Positions 20,312 through 29,828 of a stretch of 64,000 nt of DNA are shown here, piece by piece; position 1 is the stretch's first letter, and each line of letters opens with the position of its first letter. A program made the position numbers and the translations under genes. A model generated the notes under the pieces. It was not told where the DNA came from and ran no database searches. It worked only from the letters and a program-made list of their open reading frames with translations. Source of the DNA: an uncultured Nitrososphaerota archaeon (GTDB lineage Archaea > Thermoproteota > Nitrososphaeria > Nitrososphaerales > CADDZS01); assembly GCA_963799845.1 (NCBI GenBank), contig CAWCYI010000006.1:160001-224000 (forward strand). The letters run 5' to 3'.

Positions 20312-21475
20312 CTAAGAAACAAACTCAACCGGAAGATTCGCCCGAATCGAGTGAGATTTAGTCATCTCGATCTGTTCCTCATATAACTGCATCAACTTCA
20401 GCTCTGCACTCCCGGAAAGAAAAACCATGAGGTTCGTCTTGTCCAGCCCCATCGGAAAGTTAAACCCCTCCTTCATCACATTCATGTAATCGATGTCAGA
20501 GAAGTAGTCCCGCAGTCTTTCAAGAAGATCGGCCGCAAGGCTCAACTTGTCGCCGCGCATTTCGAGGATGTCAGTGTCGCTGAACAGGATAATTTTGAGT
20601 CTCGCAGCTTTCAGTTCCTTCAACCTGACGAACTCCCTGACTCGCTCGACCAGAAACCTGCCGTAGCTTTCGATGCTCTTATTGGCGCCCGATGCGAGAT
20701 ACAAAATCGGATCGCCCGTTTCTAGAGAATCCAAAACGAGGTTAAGATCGTAGAGATCAGAGCTGAGGTCTTCAGCAAACACCTGCTTGTACTCCCTTGG
20801 ACTGTCGGTACCGGATTGCGTTAGACGTCGAGCAGTTTCAAATGCGGATGCCAGACTGGAATATTTCGCAACGACCTTCTGAGCGTGAACAAGTTCGGAT
20901 TTCTGAAGGCTCATTACTTCCGTTGCAAGCCCTGCAGCCTCGATGACCGTTGGACGGGGCGCCTCCTTTCCGTCGCAGCCAAAAACGCTCGGTCTCCCTT
21001 CGTCAAGCGGAGAATAAACAAACCAGAACTCCTTCCCGTTCACCAGACCCGAAGAGTGCTCGATCCGATCGATGATCTCTTTCGTCCCGCCGATCCCAAC
21101 TGGGAGGCAGAAGACAAACACTGTTTCGGCGCTCATCGTCTTCGTTGCGTCGGAGACTCTCGATTTAACCTCGGCAAGAAGCTCTTCATCCTTCCTGCGA
21201 AGCTTCGGAGCAAAAAAAAGGACTTTCGCGTTAGAGATAGACTCCTTTTTCGATCTAATTTCCATGAGTAGCTCGTCGGAAAGAAGCGATCTGAGGTCTC
21301 TGTAGTCTCCCGCAACCTCGGGCCGCAACTCCATAGCAGTTCCGAGGAGTTCGTCAATCAATGTGACCTGATATCCTTTTGTGGCAAGTTTCGATCCGAT
21401 TTGAAAGCCTTCGGAGCTCAGACCAAAAATAACCGTCGACTCTTTTGGTTTGAGCTCGGAGGAGCTTTCTGCCAT
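20312..21475 (-). CDS. Degenerate nucleotide-sugar dehydrogenase-like protein
   Basis: Rossmann-like N-terminus and 'IEHSSGL..GKEF..VYSP' resemble UDP-sugar 6-dehydrogenases; catalytic motifs are absent. Confidence 0.55.
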   Translation of the reverse strand: MAESSSELKPKESTVIFGLSSEGFQIGSKLATKGYQVTLIDELLGTAMELRPEVAGDYRDLRSLLSDELLMEIRSKKESISNAKVLFFAPKLRRKDEELLAEVKSRVSDATKTMSAETVFVFCLPVGIGGTKEIIDRIEHSSGLVNGKEFWFVYSPLDEGRPSVFGCDGKEAPRPTVIEAAGLATEVMSLQKSELVHAQKVVAKYSSLASAFETARRLTQSGTDSPREYKQVFAEDLSSDLYDLNLVLDSLETGDPILYLASGANKSIESYGRFLVERVREFVRLKELKAARLKIILFSDTDILEMRGDKLSLAADLLERLRDYFSDIDYMNVMKEGFNFPMGLDKTNLMVFLSGSAELKLMQLYEEQIEMTKSHSIRANLPVEFVS

Positions 21476-21585
21476 GTGCCCTGACTGACCTAATCGGATT
21501 ACGATTGTTTTGAAATAGTTATTCTCTAGATGCCGAAATCTTAATTGGCACTCTTTACACGTTGAGTCTGAAAACCTGCGACTTT

Positions 21586-21707
21586 AGCCCGGTGGTGTAG
21601 GGCTCCAATCTAGAGCGCAAAACGGTCAAGCAAGCGTTGATCTAGTCAACGACCTTGATTACTGGCCTTTGGAGCCGGTGACCTCAGTTCGAATCTGAGC
21701 CGGGCTA
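21586..21707 (+). tRNA. tRNA-Gln(UUG) with two non-canonical introns (15/16 and 24/25)
   Basis: Acceptor stem AGCCCGG/CCGGGCT, anticodon arm CTGGC-CTTTGGA-GCCGG, T-arm CTCAG-TTCGAAT-CTGAG; introns 21601-21622 and 21633-21659 have BHB-like junctions. Confidence 0.9.
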
Positions 21708-22155
21708 TCTTTTGCTTTTACTTTAGAGGATTGTCTCCAGGATTTTTTGGATACTCCGTTTCGACCTGTCTTGCCCTAAATTGTTAGTAATCGATTTTTC
21801 CCGGTTTCATGTCGAATCCAGGATATGTCCGCTCTGCCACTAGCGAATGAATATCTTGAATGCTGCGAATGTTGCAGCATCCCTCGAAGTTCGATGAAAT
21901 ACAATATTCAGAGCCAAACTATTGCTGAAGATAAGGTTGATTCCTCGAAATGACGGCCAAAAACCCGACAGATCGCAGCAGTGGAGAGGTCTAGTCATAT
22001 GTCCGCTACTCCAGAATAACTATAAGCGAGTCCAATAAGGAATTCACAATTCCTTTTGCGATTACTTCTTCCTAGCTTTAGTTCTTCCCTCCTAGTCAGC
22101 ATCACCAACGGCATTTGTCAAAGTTAAGTAGGAGGCGTTCACTTCTGCCGTCAGA

Positions 22156-22464
22156 TTGCCAGAAACCATTACCATTGATGGAAGGGGAATCACAATCCAA
22201 GAAGCGATAAAGGAGATGTGGAATAGAATGCAACCGCTTGAGCAAAGAGGCTTCCAACCTATTACCGAGGTCGAAATTGTCGACACATCCAAAAAAGAGA
22301 TAATCCAAACATTCCAACTGACTGATCCGGAATTCCAGATCCATTTGAAATTTGATCAGGAGGAGAAAAGCGAACAGGTCGCCGACAGGCTGAACCAGAA
22401 CCCGCACGCTCCCGAGAGCATAGAACACTATCCCTACATTGCACGGATTCGACTAGAGGGCTAA
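22156..22464 (+). CDS. Hypothetical protein
   Basis: 102-aa ORF with protein-like composition. Confidence 0.5.
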   Translation: MPETITIDGRGITIQEAIKEMWNRMQPLEQRGFQPITEVEIVDTSKKEIIQTFQLTDPEFQIHLKFDQEEKSEQVADRLNQNPHAPESIEHYPYIARIRLEG

Positions 22465-22613
22465 TCGCCACCTGATTAGAATCTTGACGCCCTTTTCCCT
22501 TAATCATTTCCTGCCTCGTGAATCGACCATGAATTATGGAGTAGAAAGTCAGAAAGGATATTGTGCTCCAATAGGCGACTTCAAGAATTGATTGAACCGA
22601 CAATGTTGTACGC

Positions 22614-23216
22614 CTAACTCTTCGGACGATCCAACTCCGCAATTGCGAGATGATAGGCCGACCTGCCGAGCGTCGAAATGATTTCCTGATCGCTGTATCC
22701 TCCCGAGTCCTTCAGACTCAAAACCGCTTCGGCACTTATAATGACCGACAGGGCAAGTTGTACATCCCGACGCCGTTTCTTCCCCAATCGCCTTGGGATT
22801 CGTTCGAGCACCGCATCAATAAGCCCCAAGCGGAATGCCGGCCGTAGTTCCCCCGCGGAATGAATCTCGTCTGAGTTCCGAGTTGAATACGACAAAGCGA
22901 TGAGCGCTCGAACTTGAGCCTCGTTCTGAATAATCGTGCGCGCCATAGCTTCTGCGGCAAACCGCGCCCGCTCTCCAACAGTCGGAAGTGCGCGCAGATC
23001 CGCAAGCACTTTTTCCAAACCGGGCCAATTGACCGCCAGGGCGTCCTGCAACAGGCTGCGTGCGCTGGTGTAGTAGCGGTAGGCGGTAGCTTCTGATATC
23101 AGAGCTCGTCCTGCGCTGGCTGCTACTGTCGGGGCGCGTCCTTCTGCGAGCAGCTCCCGGGCAGCTTCCAGTAACGCCTTGCGGGTCCTCTCCTTTTGCT
23201 TGGTTCGGCTGGTCAT
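22614..23216 (-). CDS. TetR/AcrR family regulator
   Basis: RTRKALLEAA..L and ISEATAYRYY HTH motifs. Confidence 0.88.
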   Translation of the reverse strand: MTSRTKQKERTRKALLEAARELLAEGRAPTVAASAGRALISEATAYRYYTSARSLLQDALAVNWPGLEKVLADLRALPTVGERARFAAEAMARTIIQNEAQVRALIALSYSTRNSDEIHSAGELRPAFRLGLIDAVLERIPRRLGKKRRRDVQLALSVIISAEAVLSLKDSGGYSDQEIISTLGRSAYHLAIAELDRPKS

Positions 23217-23260
23217 CCCTTAATCCGCCTCCCTGTTACTTCATACTGCAATTTCATTCG

Positions 23261-23284
23261 TGAGACTAGACTCTCATTATGAGA
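23261..23284. promoter_or_regulatory. Putative TetR operator (overlapping TGAGA/TCTCA inverted repeats)
   Basis: TGAGA-ctagac-TCTCA-tta-TGAGA in the divergent tetR/cupin intergenic region. Confidence 0.55.
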
Positions 23285-23300
23285 ATAGCTAATATAGTGT

Positions 23301-23786
23301 TTGGCAACATGGAACAATCAGAAGATTAGTATGGCAACCATCAACACGATTCTTAAGGGAACCGGAGAAATCCTTCAAGTAGGTCAGATTCGGGCCCGCG
23401 TACTGGAAGATGGATCTCGCACGGATGACCGCATCGGCGCTGTCGAGATCACAGTTCCGCCTAATACGGCCCAGACGCCCCAGCACTTGCATCGTATGCA
23501 CGACGAGACATTTCTCGTCATTAGCGGCACGCTGCGGTTTACCGTCGGCGACACTGACCACGATTTCCACGCTGGCGACTACGTCGTCGTTCCTACCGGG
23601 GCATCTCATACATTCTCGAATCCATTCGACGAAACGGCTGTCTTTTTCAATTCGTTTACACCCGCGTATTACGTAAATTATCTGAGAGACCTCGCGGCAC
23701 TTGGCGCGAAGGATGGTCTTTCGCAAGAGGCCATTCTTAATGTCATGGCGAGATATGCAACCGAGCCGGCAGGAAGCTCGAATTAA
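23301..23786 (+). CDS. Cupin domain protein
   Basis: H.H...DE.F.V.SG and GD.V.VP.G..H.F.N motifs. Confidence 0.88.
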   Translation: MATWNNQKISMATINTILKGTGEILQVGQIRARVLEDGSRTDDRIGAVEITVPPNTAQTPQHLHRMHDETFLVISGTLRFTVGDTDHDFHAGDYVVVPTGASHTFSNPFDETAVFFNSFTPAYYVNYLRDLAALGAKDGLSQEAILNVMARYATEPAGSSN

Positions 23787-23800
23787 GAAGGCGTTTTGAA

Positions 23801-24592
23801 ATGTCGGATACTTCGAAGAAATTAGTAAAACTATTTGCGGAAACGCTTGAGCTTAGCATTGTCGAATCTGGAAAGGGGCGCCCCTACCTTCTTTTGCATG
23901 GTGGTGCCGGCCCGGCGTCTCTTGCCTCGTTGGCAGGTGGGTTGTCGAAGGATGCGAGAGCAATCGTGCCGACCCATCCCGGTTTCAACGGTCAACCTCG
24001 ACCGGAATGGTTCTCGACGGTCGAGGATCTGACGCTGGCTTATTTGGACCTGCTCGATCGGTTAGATTTGAAGGACGTTATCGTCGCTGGTAATTCTCTT
24101 GGTGGTTGGATCGCGGCGGAGATGGGGCTGCGGAATTCCCCGCGCATTTCCGGGATAATCCTTCTCGACGCCGTTGGGATCGATACCGGTTCCCCCGAGA
24201 AAAAGATCGTGGACCCGGCAACCTTACCTCTGCAAGAGACGCTAAAACTTTCCTTTTACAATCCCGCGAAGTTTGCAGTAGCGCCTTCCGGCCCGGACGC
24301 AGTAAAAATCAGGGCTGAGAACCAGCGGACGTTGCGGATTTATGCGGGAAGTGCCTTGATGTATGATCCTACCCTGAGGGCTCGCCTGGCAAGCACCTCC
24401 AGTCCTGCTCTGGTCATCTGGGGGGAAAGCGATGGTATAGTCGATAAAGAATACGGCCGTCGCTTTGCTGACTCGATCCCCGGCGCTCGTTTTGAGACTG
24501 TTCCAGAAGCGGGCCATTTCCCGCAGATCGAGCAGCCCGATAAAGTGCTGAGCTTGATCAACGGGTTCGTCAGTGACTTGCATGAATCGTAA
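23801..24592 (+). CDS. Alpha/beta-fold hydrolase
   Basis: LLHGG, GNSLGG, WGESD and GHFPQIE catalytic-triad motifs. Confidence 0.9.
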   Translation: MSDTSKKLVKLFAETLELSIVESGKGRPYLLLHGGAGPASLASLAGGLSKDARAIVPTHPGFNGQPRPEWFSTVEDLTLAYLDLLDRLDLKDVIVAGNSLGGWIAAEMGLRNSPRISGIILLDAVGIDTGSPEKKIVDPATLPLQETLKLSFYNPAKFAVAPSGPDAVKIRAENQRTLRIYAGSALMYDPTLRARLASTSSPALVIWGESDGIVDKEYGRRFADSIPGARFETVPEAGHFPQIEQPDKVLSLINGFVSDLHES

Positions 24593-24967
24593 CTAAACGA
24601 AACGACTAGAGGATTGGCAAATTCGCTCCCGCGACCAAATCGGTGAGATCCAGGGAGTGATTCAAGCCTGTCTCTTTCGCAGTATAGTATGATTCGATCC
24701 ACTTTTTTTGTGATGGTCTGCACGGCAGGGTTGAAACCTTCAACTCGTCTTGACAGAATTGGTAGATTTTGACAACAGAATCCTCTTGACGGAGCGAGCA
24801 TCTCTCGCAGATTCCACTCTGAAAGTGATGATCAACTGACTCGCTCGTATTATCTGACCTTCAATCCAGACTCAAAATGGATAATATTTTTGGGTATCGC
24901 ATGTTCACTATTGGAGAACGGCAACACCAACTTTATCTCCAACTACCAAGTCAAAAGGATAGATAAA

Positions 24968-25204
24968 ATGCGAAAAGCTTCTCCAAAAGAAGGCGATACT
25001 TGTTCATCTTGCCAAAAGGGAATTTTAGAATACTTCAGAAATGATAATAATAAGCTCGAATTGAAATGCAATAATCCAAAATGCTCGAATAGTCACGATG
25101 GTCTTCGCTCAAGCACTCCAGGAAAAGCCAGCGAATCCGTGACGCCAGAACATCGAGACGATAACGCACAGACTATGCTCAGATCTCGATTTGGGCAAAG
25201 ATAG
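24968..25204 (+). CDS. Small zinc-ribbon-like protein
   Basis: CSSC...KCNNPKC; likely ATG at 24968. Confidence 0.45.
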   Translation: MRKASPKEGDTCSSCQKGILEYFRNDNNKLELKCNNPKCSNSHDGLRSSTPGKASESVTPEHRDDNAQTMLRSRFGQR

Positions 25205-25310
25205 AATATCCTAGACTCTGGAGTCCTTGTTAATTGAGACGGAATTCCTCGCCGGATTAAGCGCTGAGGAAGTTAAGGATGGAAAGTCGATTCAGTGTGG
25301 CTGGATGTAA

Positions 25311-26843
25311 TCATGAATAAGCCAGCAAGCTTCCGAAGATAGCTGAAGGTATCACATTATCCGGCGGAGCATTTCTAGTTCTCATCCAATTGAAGGTCAT
25401 GTAATGAGATGAGGGCAAGCCGTTGATGAAGACAATGTCCGCGTACGACTGGCCGTAAGTTAGAGTGCTGTCAGTTCCCTTCAACTGCTGGACTCCATTG
25501 TAATTCGCGTATTCCGATCCGGTCGAGGGCCACACCATCGATCCAACTCCCGTCCACCCAACAAACGAACCGTTAGAAACTGTAGAACCATTTTCACCTG
25601 AACCCTGGTCCAGATGAATCGAGAGAGTATTGCCGCAACCGCAGAGAAAATCTAGGCTGCTGTAAGAAGAATAGAAGCCATTGTCAAGATATCCAGTTCT
25701 AGGCAGGTTCGTGTCCATGGAATTGTAGCGGTACGCAGCCTCGGAGCCAACGCTTGTTGGAAGATCTGTCCCGACGACATTTGAATCGATGGCGGAATAC
25801 GATTCTGGTGTATTCAGATAGACGTGATAGCCGTATCCTGCTCCGCTAGGAGCTCCCGTCGCGGTGATCATGAGCCCGTTGGAAATACTGTAACTTGCGG
25901 ACCCACCCGTATACAATCCGCCCAAGAACGGCACCGCAGTCAAACAACTGCAGAGAGATGAACCGTTGAAGTTGTTGTAAAAGTCGAAAACCTCCGGACC
26001 GTTGTCATACTTCCCATATGTCGAAGTTAAAGTCGGGTACGCGCCCCAGTATCCCGAGCTGCTGTACTGAATCGATGAAACCGGAAAGATGTACATGAAC
26101 ATCAGCTGTTGACTGTAAGGCTGGATAGTTGCATTATCCTTTATCCAAACGTTCGAAGAGCTTTGAGTATTTCCGCAATTTGATTCGCACCACGCATAAA
26201 GCGGATCGCCAGACGCATCGGTGAATACCACGTTTCCCACGTTCGGAGCGAGATGGGAACTGTAAGCGTTCCAGTCCACGTTTAGAAGTATCTGCGTGTT
26301 GGGAGAGGTAGCCGATGACTGGCCGTTCGAAATGATAACGGGGACACAATAGACAGGCGTACCCGAGCCTCCAAAAATCGAACACGCGGTGCTGCCGGAT
26401 ATGGTGGAGGTTATCGTAGAATTACTCGATGTGACTGTCACTGTTTGAATCAATGTCTCAGTCAATGTCGTGGCGGTGTAGTTCTCATACACCGTTGTCG
26501 TTCCGTTTTCGTAAATCGTAGTCTCGGTGCCATTCACAAAGACGGTTGTCACTGAGCCATTTTCGATGAAAGTAACCGTTACCGTGGTTGTCTCAAGTCT
26601 CGAACTTGTTCTGGCGGAATTGGCGCTGATAGTTGAGCCATAAGAGCTCATTGTCGTTTTGTTCAGATAAATCGTAACCGGTGAACTTGAACTCGAATTG
26701 CTAAATGACGAAGAAATTGATGTAGAGTTGGTCGAGCCCTGCAAATTCAAAGTTGGAACATAAATCACGGCGAGACCAATACTGATTGCAAGGATTACGG
26801 CCGCGACACCGCCCGCGATTATCTGCCTCCGATACTCAGCCAA
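25311..26843 (-). CDS. Membrane-anchored Ser/Thr-rich surface protein with DUF2341-like domain
   Basis: N-terminal TM, long S/T linker with many NxS/T sequons, then 'VVFTDASG.PLYAW.E...VWIK' and 'YDNG..VF.FY.NF'. Confidence 0.7.
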   Translation of the reverse strand: MAEYRRQIIAGGVAAVILAISIGLAVIYVPTLNLQGSTNSTSISSSFSNSSSSSPVTIYLNKTTMSSYGSTISANSARTSSRLETTTVTVTFIENGSVTTVFVNGTETTIYENGTTTVYENYTATTLTETLIQTVTVTSSNSTITSTISGSTACSIFGGSGTPVYCVPVIISNGQSSATSPNTQILLNVDWNAYSSHLAPNVGNVVFTDASGDPLYAWCESNCGNTQSSSNVWIKDNATIQPYSQQLMFMYIFPVSSIQYSSSGYWGAYPTLTSTYGKYDNGPEVFDFYNNFNGSSLCSCLTAVPFLGGLYTGGSASYSISNGLMITATGAPSGAGYGYHVYLNTPESYSAIDSNVVGTDLPTSVGSEAAYRYNSMDTNLPRTGYLDNGFYSSYSSLDFLCGCGNTLSIHLDQGSGENGSTVSNGSFVGWTGVGSMVWPSTGSEYANYNGVQQLKGTDSTLTYGQSYADIVFINGLPSSHYMTFNWMRTRNAPPDNVIPSAIFGSLLAYS

Positions 26844-26992
26844 GATTTTTCAACGGTTTGCCAGCAGATTACGGAAGCCTCCAATTAATACTGATCTTTA
26901 GTATGGCCCGTACTCATTCGTATCGAAGCCTAGACGAGGAAAGCTTCAAGATGTACATTAATTGAACAGGATAACTCGAACAAAAGAAGACC

Positions 26993-27449
26993 ATGCGCAA
27001 GAATGGATCTGGAAGTGGGTCTCCAGGTACAGGTGACGATTTACTCAGGGGAACCACGCTCAGGATCTACAGGTTCATGTACAAAGAAGGCAGGCCGATG
27101 GGCCTCCATGAGATTCAGCGAGCGCTTGGCCTGAGTTCGGCTTCGATACCACAGTATCACATTAACAAGTTGATCTCCGCGGGCCTTGTCAAAGAGCAAG
27201 AGGACGGCGGGGGATATTTCGTTGACCGCCTGGTCTTCGAAAACATGAATCAGGATCAGGAGATCGTTGATCCCGTTCCAGACAACGTACACGATTTTTT
27301 TCTGTACAACGCTCGTTATTCTGTTCACGCTGCTCAGGCCGGAAGTTCTGACCCCCCTTTTTCTCTTCGCCGTCTCGATCAATCTGGCGGCAATTTTCAT
27401 CTTCGCGTCGCAAGCATACAGAACCCTCAGGAGGAGGAATTCAATCTAA
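26993..27449 (+). CDS. Winged-helix protein with C-terminal transmembrane helices, frameshifted
   Basis: LRGTTLRIY..EIQRALGLSS..YH..KL...GLV; shift near 27245 joins the hydrophobic ORF 27267-27449. Confidence 0.75.
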
Positions 27450-27515
27450 TTTTGTTACATTAATTCACGCAAGATCATCTTAAAAATCCAGTCATGAGAC
27501 CCAAAGAGGACTGAA

Positions 27516-27752
27516 TTGGCATCAATCCGAGTCGTTGACGATGGCGCTCCGCCGATTGTTGAGAAGGGCCGCGAAACTCCATTCAAGCAGGGAGAATACT
27601 ATGTATTCGATGTTGAAGACGACATTGCGAGGTATTGGAACAAGTTGGCCCCTGCAAAAAGAGCCGAGCTCTCAAAGCAATCGAGAAAGGTGAACAAGGA
27701 TCTTCGGGTAATTCTCGATCCGTTTGTTCACAAGCCTCGCACGATGAAGTAG
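27516..27752 (+). CDS. Hypothetical protein
   Basis: 78-aa ORF in an intergenic position. Confidence 0.45.
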   Translation: MASIRVVDDGAPPIVEKGRETPFKQGEYYVFDVEDDIARYWNKLAPAKRAELSKQSRKVNKDLRVILDPFVHKPRTMK

Positions 27753-28115
27753 CTGTTGGCAAATAAGGCACTCCGCCTAAACAAATCTACCCGTGTTCGA
27801 CGATCCATTTTAATCAGAAAGCTTGATTCCCACCTTTAAATGTGGAAGTTGATGCTTCGAATAGGAATTGTAATTTACTCTGATCTAATCAAGTAACTCG
27901 CAACTCCGCATGGTCAGTTACAAATCAACTAGTTGTACCATAGGCGATCATCAGAACTGCACATTTTCGACAAACTGCCGGTGCTACTGCCACAATATGG
28001 AAAAGCAGAAAGTTCAACTTGAACATTATAAGACGCTAGTCTTGCAAGTGGGGGAAGCACGGCGAATGCAAAGACGATCAGGGAAAGTGCTCCTGTTCGT
28101 GCCATCGATAGAGCA

Positions 28116-29000
28116 TCATTTCGTTATTGGTACTCCAGCCTCTTGTGGACTCGACAGGGCAATCTTCGCGGGCTTGATCGCGAGGCGGATGATCCTGACA
28201 ACTAGGTAAAGACCGAATGCTATGGCGGTTATGAAGAAGCTGACAGGGTATGGCGTGTAAAATGCAATTAAGAGTCCTACCCACGTTGCCGATAGAGCAA
28301 TCAATACTGAAATCAATATCGCGCGCTCAGGTCGTCTCGACAGGTACTGGGCGGTTGCAGCAGGGGTGACCATCAGCGAGAAGATTAGAAGGACACCGGT
28401 AACTTGCACGGAGAACGACACTGCGACAGCAACGAGGATCAGGAAGAATGTCCCGAGGAAGAGCATCGGCATCCCCTTTGCTTCAGCTACGTCCTCGTCG
28501 AGCGATGCGAAGAGAAGCGGCCGGTAAACAAACCCGATTCCGGCTAAGATCCCCACACCGGCAACAAACGTCAGCAGAACATTGCTGTAGCTGATACCGA
28601 GTATTTCTCCGAACAGAATAGAGTAAGCTTCGGTAGCATACCCTGTATACAGACTGATGAATAACAATCCCAATCCGAGCGCGAACGCTAGCACGATGCC
28701 GATTTGGGTGTCGCGATTGGCGGCCCGGCGGCCCAGAGCCGATATCGCCAAGGCCCCTAAAATTGAACCTGTAAGGAGCCCTGCAATGGGCAGGATATTC
28801 AGCAGCACAGCTCCGGCCGCTCCAGCGAAACCGATCTCAGAGAACGCATGAGCCGTAAATGCCGACCGACGTAGCACTACGAAGTAACCGGTGACTCCGG
28901 CGATGATTGCGATTATTGTTCCAGCTTCATAGGCGTGCTGCATGAACTGGTAATACAACATCTGTTGCAGATCGGAAAGCAAATTGATACTGAAGGTCAT
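28116..29000 (-). CDS. Metal (Zn/Mn) ABC transporter permease
   Basis: ABC-3 family: AHAFSEIGFAG, ILFG.IL, SLDE.VA.AKG and TPAATA motifs. Confidence 0.92.
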   Translation of the reverse strand: MTFSINLLSDLQQMLYYQFMQHAYEAGTIIAIIAGVTGYFVVLRRSAFTAHAFSEIGFAGAAGAVLLNILPIAGLLTGSILGALAISALGRRAANRDTQIGIVLAFALGLGLLFISLYTGYATEAYSILFGEILGISYSNVLLTFVAGVGILAGIGFVYRPLLFASLDEDVAEAKGMPMLFLGTFFLILVAVAVSFSVQVTGVLLIFSLMVTPAATAQYLSRRPERAILISVLIALSATWVGLLIAFYTPYPVSFFITAIAFGLYLVVRIIRLAIKPAKIALSSPQEAGVPITK

Positions 29001-29821
29001 ACCATATCACCGTGGTGTTCTTCGACGCCTATGATAGCGACGTTTCCGTGTGGATCTTGTAGAACCTCGACCTGGACCCCGTACAACTGAGTTAGGCTCT
29101 CTGAAGTCAGAACTTCTAGAGGCTTTCCCGTAGCCACCCTGCCGTTCGCGATATACATTACCTTGTCGAGGTGGGGCAAAAGCGGGTTGATGTTGTGGGC
29201 GATCAGCAGCGCCGTTACGCCGCGCGAACGGACCGCATCGTTGATGAGGTGCAACAGTTCCGTTTCGCGTCTCAAATCGAGGTTCGATAACGGCTCGTCG
29301 AGCAACAAAATGTCCGGGTTGCTGGCCAATGCTTCAGCCAAAAATATTCTTTGCAGTTCTCCCCCGGACAGAACGCCCAAGGGACGATGCGCCAGCTCAG
29401 TCCCACCGACTGCTTCAAGCGCTGCAAAGGCTGCGTTCCGATCTGTATGCGAAAACGGATTGAAACCCCACTTTTTCCCTGAAAGCCCAAGCCGTACCAA
29501 TTCAAGACATTCGATATTCGTCTCGCTGTCTATTGTGTGACGTTGCGGCACGTAGCCAATCCGAGGATTTCCGCGAGTCGGCTGAGCACCAAATATTTTG
29601 ATTGTCCCGCCTATCGGCGGCTGCAGCCCGAGAAGTATTCGAAAGAGAGTCGTTTTGCCGGCACCGTTTGGGCCTATGACCGCTACGAACTCTCCTCGTC
29701 CAAAAGAGAAGTTCGCATCCCGCCAAACGGTCTTCTCCTTGTAGCCGGCCGCCAGGTTTTCAGCGGTCATGAGGTTGGACTGCACTGCGACGGGAGCAGT
29801 TTTCGAACCTATTATATCCAT
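28997..29821 (-). CDS. Metal ABC transporter ATP-binding protein
   Basis: GPNGAGKT, GYVPQ, LSGGE and LLLDEP motifs. Confidence 0.94.
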   Translation of the reverse strand: MDIIGSKTAPVAVQSNLMTAENLAAGYKEKTVWRDANFSFGRGEFVAVIGPNGAGKTTLFRILLGLQPPIGGTIKIFGAQPTRGNPRIGYVPQRHTIDSETNIECLELVRLGLSGKKWGFNPFSHTDRNAAFAALEAVGGTELAHRPLGVLSGGELQRIFLAEALASNPDILLLDEPLSNLDLRRETELLHLINDAVRSRGVTALLIAHNINPLLPHLDKVMYIANGRVATGKPLEVLTSESLTQLYGVQVEVLQDPHGNVAIIGVEEHHGDMV

Positions 29822-29828
29822 TCAATAA

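Noticed and set aside
24818-24858. CTGA/GTGATGA/CTGA box C/D-like words
   Set aside because: No upstream C box at proper spacing and no recognisable guide
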